Part shown: piece after piece, positions 54,073 through 64,000 of the stretch | Layout of the letters: every line of letters begins with the position of its first letter | Position numbering within the stretch: position 1 is the first letter of the stretch | Assembly (NCBI RefSeq): GCF_964204645.1 | Contig: NC_134034.1 | Location: forward strand, 5,616,914 to 5,680,913 | Reading direction: 5' to 3' | Length of the DNA stretch: 64,000 nucleotides | Origin: Tubulanus polymorphus | Lineage: Eukaryota > Animalia > Nemertea | The notes under the pieces: model-generated | Seen by the model: only the letters and a program-made list of their open reading frames with translations | Databases searched by the model: none | Told to the model about the DNA's origin: nothing | Translations under genes and position numbers: made by a program

Positions 54073-55289
54073 CTAACTGATGCGCAAGGAAACACGCATC
54101 AAGAAATATTTGAAAGAACTCTGTTTATACCAGCATTTAAACAGAATATCTTTTAGGTTCAAGCGGCAACCGGACAAGAAAGAAATTCTAAAAATGGGCT
54201 TGCTGACATGGTTGTACTGAAAGCTTGCTTGGCGGTTTTGTATTTCTGTAGTATAATTAACAGAACTTTGAACTGATTGCATACTTTTTAAAGAGCTAAG
54301 AGATCGGTGTTGTCGTACATCGTAACATGAAATGTTAAACACGTAGACTGGGAATTGGAATGGTTTTATTGTAGACGTGGACCAAGTTAGTGCAAGCTTT
54401 TGGATACTTGTTATTTGAACATTGTAGTGTCTTAACGGAATCTATCGTCATGTTGATAATTGCTAAATTACTTAACGGATTGTGTTGAAGTGATTTTTCA
54501 TAGAAAAATTTACAGCTGAAAGAGTGAAGAGAGGCAAACACGAAAATAGATAGGAGCCACGATTTTTATTTTTTAAATAATTAAAGACAAGAGAAAGTTG
54601 CATCTCCTTTAAATGACAATCCACTACGATCATCCGATTAAGTATATTGTCACCATAGACTACCACCCCCTGGCTCTTGTAGAGACAGGGAACCAGTCTT
54701 CAATTCAATTCAGAATTTAATTTACAGAAAATAGGGTTTTAAATTTTAGATATTCAAACTGAAAAACATAAATGTTCATACAGAGATTTTTCAAATGGTC
54801 GCTAACGCAAGCCCCAATGAAAGTAAAAGAAAATTAAAATAATGTTTTAAAAACATGAAAATAAATGTTTTATTGTGAAATTTTAATTGTGTTAATAAAG
54901 AATGAATTGAATTGTCGGCAGCACTATGTCGCGCATGAATACCAATTTCAATACTGATCATGCACGCTCAACCAAGGTTGGTATGCGCTGCTGAAATAAC
55001 AAAAACGATTTAACAAAATCATAAAACGACGACAACTGATATAGCCAATATACAAAAGGAACCTAGATTTTATTACTGCATTAAATGTGTGTAAATATCA
55101 GAGCTGAAGAAAGTTTCTTACGAAAGTTATCGACTCCACAAGCAAGTTATCAATCCGTGTGATAGCAATATGGGCTTGCAAGCATGCAAGCCCATAAAAA
55201 CACGAAGTTTCAATCTCACACTAGAGATCATTGTCAGATGACGATCTCTAGTGTGAGATCCAAAAACTGTGCACCAGCATAAGGTTCAA

Positions 55290-55650
55290 CCTTATACATT
55301 GTGATCTGGCAGAAACAATCAAAATAGTTGATGATAAAGGTTTTCAATACGCTTATCCTGTATGGATGATTATTCTAATGTGGATTCAGTATATCTTATT
55401 AAGAAAATGGATGCTTCACATACACTTAGAACCTTTTAAGCCGATATAGCCCCGTACAGGGAAGGTGAATGTAATTAAAATTGTAAATAGCGATAGTGTA
55501 GGAGAATTCATTTCCGATGAATTTGAATCCTTCCTCTGGTAGATAAACAGGTAATACATGAAAAGTCCGCACAACAATCACCTCACACAAAACAGTACGG
55601 CAGAGAGGCTATGGAGATCACTTTTTGAAATGGCGAGATGCCTCCTATCA
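55290..55650 (+). mobile_element. Copia integrase fragment
   Basis: SDSVGEFISDEFESF and TAERLWRSLFEMARCLL. Confidence 0.75.
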
Positions 55651-55990
55651 GGCTTAGCGTATATCGACAAATCAACTGAAGACAACTAGTTGCTATCAAG
55701 GGATTACCCGGCGCAAATCGAAAATCTAGTTACAACCGGTCAGTTGCAGCAACTGCATGGCACATGCCGATCGTCGAGATCTACAGCGCACAAATCGACA
55801 GCAACTGAGATGCGCTATCTAAATGAATTTGAATTTAATTGAATATCAAATTATGCTTACTAAATCATTTCCCAGCTGGAATCCTGTGTATCATGATTGT
55901 GGATATGTAGGATTGTGGGGATGAAAAAAAATGAACGGTTTAGGTGCACCAATTGAATTCTATTGATAATGTCAACATTAAATTCAAAGC

Positions 55991-57137
55991 AAAACTAGGC
56001 TTACCCATTTCGCCTTAAATAACCCGCGCAATACACTCTCCCCCAGGAAGCCATTATCCTTCATATATCAGCTTTGATGCAGGGGCAAAATGAAACCTTG
56101 AAACTTTGCCAAAGGATGGCTACCCTGGCAGCAATTTTGGATGGCTGAAGATCTGCATTTTAGATAGGGCTTGACAGCTTACTGGCCCCTATCGAGACAC
56201 TGAGTTAAGATATTCAAGATGGCTCCCCATATTTGATGGCCAAAAACCTAGGTTTTCAACAGCGATGGACAGCTCACCTGCCCCAATACTTACACGGAGT
56301 ATCATAAAAGTCCACCAAGAATTGTAAGCTGTATCATGCAAACGAGGAAATTCAAGAGAGCTGCCCTAGTTGGAATATTTGAAGGCTAGTGACCTAATGA
56401 CCGCCATTTCCAATGGGGCTGGATGCAAATCTCACCTGCCCCAATCCTCACACTGAACTTCATGAATATCCTTTCAGAGTTGGTGCTGGCTGTATTATAC
56501 AAACAAGAAATTCCTTGTGGCCATATCTAATTACCGATGACCTACATCTGTGATATGGGCGCACATCTCTCCTGCCAAAACTCACTCACTAAATCTTATG
56601 AAAAACCATCAAGACTGCCCTGGTGGCCATATATGATGACCAATAACCTTTTACCACTAGGGTTGGACATCTCACCTGCCTCAATAACCCCAGGGAGGAA
56701 AGAAAATAAAAAATGGTTTGTTTACAAGGTGATCTAAAATTATCACTTTTTAAATTATTCAATGCCCCCTGGTAGCCACGCTCACATGGAATATCATTTG
56801 ACCTGGAAACTTTGTGCAGGGGCTTATCATTCCACCAACTATATATCTGCACCACATCTACATTATCAAATCCGCTTCATTTATAAGTTTATCAGACATC
56901 ATCTTTACCATGAATTAAGAAAACCAATATGGCTGCAAGTTGGCCATTTGGGATCCAACCACAAAATAAAAAATAGGTGCCAACTACATATCCAGGCAAA
57001 GATACGTGTTAAGTTACAAGAACAGAGAGCCAGTAGTTTAGGAGCACTCTGAACAAGATTGTGCCAAGAACGGATGAGGGACGATTAACAACCTGACACA
57101 AACATACCCCCTACACTTCGTTGTGGGGGGAATGATT
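55991..57137 (+). mobile_element. HINE-like repeat, family D
   Basis: aaaactag start; ~140-160-bp internal units sharing ctcacctgcccc; terminal ccccc-tacacttcgttgt-gggggg hairpin. Confidence 0.6.
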
Positions 57138-57186
57138 AATTCCTTGGGCTCAACTACAATACTAATGTTATTGACATGTTACTTAC

Positions 57187-57251
57187 CAATGGTGGTGAGT
57201 AGTAAGAACTGTTGTAAGTGCTACGTCCTCTTCTTTAACTGCACGCAGGAT
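57187..57251 (-). CDS. HAGH: Glyoxalase II (hydroxyacylglutathione hydrolase) exon, most 5' exon found in window
   Basis: Encodes ILRAVKEEDVALTTVLTTHHH(W), the first half of the THHHWDH metal-binding motif. 65 bp with AG/GT splice sites. Confidence 0.95.
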
Positions 57252-57894
57252 CTGAAATTGCAGTTAACATGAGATCTGCTTCATGAAATGTGGACACCTA
57301 TTCTCCCCTCCCAAGGATTAAAATCTATTGATGGCTCATGACACTCCCATTGCATGAAACCCTAAAAGATTTGTGTACCATGGAAATATACGGTACAGTG
57401 ACATGATGGCCTACGATGACATTCTAGAATCACGTTTCTATCTCATTGTAAGTAGGTCACTACAGAATGCCATGACATTTGGAGCACCCATCAGTGTGTT
57501 TGTGGTTCGGAAACCCCTCAGTATCCACAGCGTCCTTCATCTATATATAGCAGTGACTCGGCAATGATAGTATACACAGCACTCTCACACATCGGTAGGC
57601 GCGTTTCGTCAGCCTCATACATCGTCAATTAAGACAAACTAATTGACAAATCAGTGAATTAAAATCTCCTGATGACGGGCTTCGGCTTATTGGGCGAAGC
57701 ATTAAGAAATCCATGTATTTTAGGCTAAAAAACTGCCCTCGGCTTATTGGCCAAGTCGGCTTAATCGCCAGAAAATACGGTAATTGGATTGTTTGTGGGT
57801 ATCAGGATATAACAGTGATTAATCATTGTGGAAGTTTGATCTTGAATAAGATATACTGTGTTTACTTGAAGTATGGATTGCAAAAATTGTTGTA

Positions 57895-58730
57895 GTGATG
57901 AGGAGGCCTTGCACATCAGGAGATATATCCACTGGACACCCTACAGCTAATCCCACTGACGCTGCAGTGCCAAGCCCTTCGTTGCAACTTGAACCAACTA
58001 AAAGGGAATATGGTGCCCATTTCGCTGATTTGAACCAGAAATGGTCCACAATTGCAAAAATAAGGCCACTGGCCAACGATCTGAGACACCTCCAGAGTAG
58101 AGACGCAAAAAGACGACATATCATCTGACAATTCAGATGTGTCAGAAGATGGTTTACCATCAGACGATGGTGTTGATGACCTACTGGCACCCACTGCCTC
58201 AGACATGGCTGAGACAACTAGAAGCGGCAACATTTTAGAAGTCATCAAGCTAGACCTCAATAATGAGGAGGTAGGTAGGAGCCAAAATAGATGGGAAACT
58301 GGCAAATATTGCATCAAAAAGAATCAGCCAAGGCTTGTCTAGCAACAAGTTAAAGACGTATCTTGATGCCTTCATTAAGCGGGGTAACTGCAATGACCTT
58401 GTAGTGTCACAAGTTAACCCCAAGATCTAGCCTAAGATAGGGGCATCAGCGAAAAAACAAGAACCTGAAATTAAGCCACTCACAGAAAACCCTCATTTCA
58501 GGGTCAATTGCAGTGTTAAAGCTAACAAATATTGCTTTGAACTTCAGAGAAAACTCAGAGAAGATGATCAATGAGGATTATATTTTAGGGCATAGATGCC
58601 CTTGCTCTGCTGGGCCATGCCTATCGTGAGCTTTCTCTTTGAAGGAATCTGATAAACCCCGGCTAAAAGCCAAATACTGGGGCCTGTGCTCGGGCAATGT
58701 CCTGGTCACCTACCATCTTCTTGGTTGAGT
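57895..58730 (+). mobile_element. DIRS-type YR retrotransposon gag/ORF1 relic
   Basis: Peptides NCNDLVVSQVNPKI*, DALALLGHAYRELS and LKAKYWGLCS...HLLG; no RT or YR follows. Confidence 0.7.
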
Positions 58731-59745
58731 AGACCAAACAGGACAATGACTGCAGGAACAATGTAACTGAGGTCAGGAAAAATGGCTTCACATATTCTAA
58801 GGGTTCAAAAAACTCAATTCAAAAATAGAGGTGGGACAGAAACCCCAGTCGACATGTCACACCGGTACAACAACAACTATCAGTACAATCAGTTCAGGCT
58901 AAAGTCCAATGGCTACAAAAATGGATCCACTTTCGGAACTTACAACTACGGAGGTGAGTTTATGTCTGGAATGAATCACTGGACAAAATCGATGACATCT
59001 CTACCGTTATAACTAATACATTTGAAAGGCTCAATTCAAGAACATATCTACTGCCTGAACGTCTACTTCTACTTAGTAGCCACTTGAGAACAATGAGCAA
59101 TTAACGATATCGGCAACTTTTCCAGTAGTATACATTTAAAAACAGTCACTCTGAAATGGTATTCCTTTCAATTCGGTTGGTTTTCTATAGTGGCTGTTTC
59201 GAGGAGTCTACTATTGAAAAGTGACCAATTTAAAACATCTGGATTCGATCGTGCACACTTTCAGTAGAGGTGACTGTATAACTACCCACCCGTAAACAGT
59301 GACTTTGTGATAGTAACTCCTACCATAACAGCTACTCCCTAAACACATCATTTAACTATTAACTATTAAAGTTAACTATTGAAAAGTGACCATTTTGAGA
59401 TCGCTTGCCAGATTCCCTGTTATAAATACACTGTAGAAACATATGCTTCAGAATTGCAGTGATAAGTGACAATATGACCATACTGAGAAACTATATTAAA
59501 AACTCTACTCACGCTATAGTTTGGGGTATAGTTCTATTTAGAGTGACTCAGTAAAGATCTGAAGATAACTGAAGATACTCTTTGAGGAATTGAAATATTA
59601 TGAGCGATTCCCAACTCTAACCAATAAAAGTCGAGATTGGAGTTAAATTTGTTTACAAATTGTCAATAGTTATGTAGTTTTAAGATAAATCGAAATTTCC
59701 TTCTTTTTCATGCCGATATTATTTAATGAAGAATACAATTTGAAC

Positions 59746-59829
59746 AAATGCAGCTACTTTCAAGCATAGGTCTGCATTTAAATTCTTAAATGCAGCTACT
59801 TTCAAGCATAGGTCTGCATTTAAATTCTT
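59746..59829 (+). repeat. Perfect 42-bp tandem duplication
   Basis: aaatgcagctactttcaagcataggtctgcatttaaattctt occurs twice. Confidence 0.9.
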
Positions 59830-60147
59830 AAATTATAAGCGCAATCATAAATTCAGGCTAACCTCTCATTATTGAAATGGTAGTTTATTTTCAATGGGGG
59901 CTGCGATGTCTTTGCATCTTAAATTAAGATGTGCATTTCGGAGTGTTCGAATTTCCCTGAATTCTAATTTCGCTGAATCATGGATTATTTTTAAACAAAA
60001 TATGCTATATCCATGTGGATTTTAAACATTCTAAAGAAATCATCTAAATTGAGCCCATATTTGATCGAATTTAATAGCAATCAGAAACTTTGTATGATAT
60101 TCAAGATTTCATTTGGATTACGGTAACGGCCTTTGGTGATCGTGAAA

Positions 60148-60187
60148 CCACAACGTTTCGACTTGACTAACAGCCATCATCAGGTGG
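60148..60187 (-). ncRNA. Minimal type I hammerhead ribozyme (Penelope-like)
   Basis: Minus strand: ccac CUGAUGA u ggcu..aguc GAAAC GUU gugg. An inverted partial copy lies at 60234-60259. Confidence 0.7.
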
Positions 60188-61100
60188 AAAGTAGACATTC
60201 CTAATAAAAAGGGCTTTTAGTCATATTGCTGCCAGTCAACAGCCGAAACATTGTGGTTTAGATTATTCGTTTAGAAAATTATTTACTTTTTGGCTCTGAA
60301 GGGATATACAACTGTGTCGGTTTCCCTGTATATCTGCACCTTAAATCGGTACCTTCGTTGGTTCTAGCCCGCATTCACTTCCAAATTCAAGTATTGGTAA
60401 CGTTATTCTTACTCTGAATGCACTTCTGTCATCAAATATGGGGCCACATATTAGTTTTTATTTTACGATTATTTGAGAAAAAGAGTTTAGTTGGAAAAAA
60501 CTGATAATTAACTAAGCGATTCATTGGTTCATCAATTCAGCGAAGTTCAAACATCGTACATTTTGGCGTATTATTTTATTGGCACCTTGAAATAAAGTCT
60601 TATAGAGATATTGCGGTGCTAAGTTTATTATTATCAAGAGGTAATTACTTTTGGTTCGTAGTCTTTTGGTGGTCAATGCAGTTTGTTCATTCGTTCATCA
60701 ATCACTGTCTAGTTAGCCAGTGTAATTGACCTGCTGACCGATAGCTGCTGCTGGGTTTTTGATAACGTATATAAACAATTTACTCAACAAAATAGGAGAG
60801 TATGTGAAACTAAAATTACAGCCTATTGCATTCCTTTCACATCTTAAGCCATGAGAAGTTTTCTCTATCAAATGAAATAGCTGATTTAAAAATTACTTGA
60901 ACACCTCAAAAATGCACTTTTATACGCTAATCGTGTGATCTTTTATAAGGAGTAGGTAATTTCATTTCAACCAACCTGTATAACTATGACATAAGATTTT
61001 AATTAGGGTATCACTTCTAGCAAGTAATAAAAGGATTCAACAATCATTAACGAACGCGCAGAGAACAGCATGACAAATTGAACATCACATGGATAACTTT

Positions 61101-63365
61101 ACTAGGGTCCAGGGACACCATGCCCACTAGGGAAATGGTTTCAGATGTTAAACAATCTAACAATTTCAATACTCAACGCCCCGTCCAATGACCTTGAAAA
61201 AATCAAATGACCTCGAAACTCACCACAATCATAGATCATGTCAGCAGCTACGATTTTGTAATGATTGTGGTAACAAAACATGCCTAGTTACCAATATGAT
61301 ATGGAAATACTAAGTTATTCTACTATTCAAGGCCCCCTGGTGATCATATGCGAAGCCCAATGACGTTGAAACTCACCATAATCGTAGAAAATGTTGTGAG
61401 CTACGACTTTGCGATTGATCATGGTAACAAAATATGCCTAGGTACAAAAATAATAAGGAAATTCTAAGTTATTCTACTATTCAACGCCCCCTAGTGACCA
61501 CATAGAATAACTAATGTCCTTGAAACTCACCACAAGTGTTATGCTGTAAACTAGCCACTGATAGTTGACTGAACAGATAGTGTTTCATACAGCACATGCT
61601 GATCTTTCTAGTGCAGGTGTTTGTGGAAAACAAAGTTGGCTGGAGGCACAAAGTGATGAACCAAGTAGTTTAATTTTTGTGATGTACCTTCCATTTTAGC
61701 AGGCGAATTCTAGAGGGCATTTTTAAGGCAGAAAATTGTATTTTACAAGAAGAATTTCCACCACATCTAGGTAGTGCTTACGACCCCACTGTCGCCATTG
61801 TACTAGACTGGTTGCCAGTACCACTTATCACTAACAGGTTTGAACCCGGCGGGTCAGCAATATGAAAACTTCCAAACCTTTTTAACATACTTCTGCACCA
61901 TTTTGGGGGTTGCATTCGGTCATTTCATGCGTTGAAATAATTATCATAGGTCCAAAAAATTTTGGGGTCCGGGCACCCCACCTAGATCCACCCCTGAACA
62001 AAGACTGGTGCCATAAGGTTGATTGTTCATTGTTTATGTCTTGTGTCAATGTCCCCCCCCCCCAATTTCTCAACAGATTTGCACTAATCTCAAGTGTGAT
62101 ATAAATGGTACCATGCCTGCAGAAATCTGCGGAAAATGTTCACCCCTGAACTTGGATCATGCTTAGGCCATTGATTTAGTAGAGCTTCTTAGGATGATGT
62201 AGAGTCAAAATTGTGTTCTTTAAATTCATTCTAGCTTAGCATCGATCAGCCGAATGTCAACTTGAGCGCATTTGACAGATTTCATGAGTTAACTGAAGGG
62301 TTTGATGGTACTTGCCGCCTAAACGCTGGATCCTATAGGCTGCACATTATGCAGCATTAACCAGGCCGGTTTTACAGACAGGTAATAACATTAAACTAGG
62401 GGTTAACTTAATTGAAGATGGGTTTACTCAATTGTAGATGAATTGAGTAAGCCCCTGGGTTAAAGTAAATATAAGTCTATACAATCAGGCCCAGGAGTTA
62501 TATTTCAGCAAGATTAATCCCTACCGCAGCCATGATCAGAAACTTGGGAAGTGGTTTCCAATGCTCAACAATCTAACAATTTCAATATTCAACGCCCCTG
62601 GTGACCATATACAAATACCAATGACCTTGAAACTCACTACAATCATAGAACATGTCAGCAGCTACGATTTTGTAATTGATGTGATAACAAAATATGCCCT
62701 GTTACCAATTTAATATGGAAATACTAAGTAATTCTACTATTCAACGCCCCTGGTGACCATATTCAAAAAACAATAACCTTATCACTAACCACAATCATAG
62801 AACATGTCATAAACTACAACTTTGCAATTGATCATGGTAACAAAACATGCCTAGGTACCAATCTAATACGGAAATACTTAATTATTCTACTATTCAAGCC
62901 CCCTGGTGACCATATAGAATAACTAATGTCCTTAAAACTCACCACAATCATAGAGAATGTCATGAGCTACAACTTTGCAATCGATTGTGGTAACAAAATA
63001 TGCTTAGGTATCAAAATAATGTGGAAAAACTTTTTCCCACCTACGAATGAGTACTGATGATACCAAGATGGCCGCCAATTGCGTCATAATTGGCCGATCA
63101 AAAATACCTGGCTCAGATATAAAACAGCCCTTTCCAAAGAATACCCTTCACAAATTGCAATGAGGAATGGCAAACCAGTAGGAAGCTACAGGACTCAGAA
63201 TTTGGGCCAAAATTGACATTTTGGGGCACTAAAAAGGTCATAGGACGGCCATCTTGAGTCCGATCGACCCAATTTTTCTTATGGTGATGGGCCTTGGGGG
63301 ATTCAAATATATACGAAAGATCATGGTAATTGATCTAAGCGTCTTCAAAATTTCCCTCAAAAAGT
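61101..63365 (+). mobile_element. Two partial HINE family A copies (61101-~61535 and ~62541-63365)
   Basis: Same ~150-bp units as 21169-22272; 3' hairpin absent. Confidence 0.75.
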
Positions 63366-64000
63366 TCAACTAGAAAGAAACTTTTTAATAGGACGACGAC
63401 AGAGAATAGAAATTAAAAGTGGAACTCAGGGTGAATAGGTTGGTTGCTAAGGCTTACACACTGTAGTGCTTTTCAAACACATTTGCAAGTCAGGTCCAAA
63501 CGAAGTTCCACTGTTAGACAAAGAGTTGAACATATAATGCAAGTTTAAGGTATTACAGAGATTTAAGGCAAAACGGAGCAGTTAGCATCCCTGCAAGTTT
63601 GAAAACTAGATGGAAAAAGGTCCCGAGGCTCGAAATATTGTAAGCTCGATCAACAAAATCGTTGTCGGTATGGATTGATATTGCCTTACATACAATTAGA
63701 GGGGTTGAGGAATAAAGGTATCATTTTAGCCATCGGTGCATGTTTAATCAAAGTTATACTTACCATGACCACCAGATGAAGTCTGCTCTCGGCACAATTG
63801 CCAAGAACCCATGGCATAGGCCGATGACCAGTCCATGGGGTACAAGCTTCACATCCATGTGTTAACACAGTTGTTTTGAAGCTGTTCACAGACTGAACCT
63901 AAGGCCAACTGCTAGCTGTACCCTTAGGGCCTAGAGCTAGTATAACGATCGGCCAAATGAAACAGAATGAATATTTACCAGCAGTATCATTAGAATTCTT

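Noticed and set aside
57665-57710. CTGATGA...CGAAGC hammerhead-like string
   Set aside because: No GAAA and no coherent stems; it lies in the DIRS upstream repeats.

Overview
AT-rich animal (invertebrate) genomic DNA, not prokaryotic. The one intact host gene is glyoxalase II (HAGH) on the minus strand. Seven spliced exons (57251 down to 20643) join in frame, and the first coding exon appears to lie outside the window. One intron (25335-52083, ~26.7 kb) is packed with mostly decayed transposons: Bel/Pao, FLYWCH-MULE, piggyBac, a Sola-like multi-exon transposase, Kolobok, SWIM-MULE with a Harbinger-type MITE, hAT with a solo LTR, Copia and a 5-bp-TSD hAT MITE. Other introns hold piggyBac, Copia and DIRS relics, Helentron-type repeats and a Penelope-type hammerhead ribozyme. 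The most unusual material lies downstream of HAGH (1-18.6 kb). First, a spliced chromodomain gene sits directly upstream of a RAG1/Transib-like DDE transposase with a SAP-like tail. Second, a multi-exon zinc-finger gene resembling tyrosine recombinases is bracketed by convergent tRNA-like promoters and broken by a CR1-type LINE. Third, a small LTR-type element with PBS/PPT and non-canonical TTTA...TAAA ends carries an ORF that is neither gag nor pol. All calls were made by eye without database searches.
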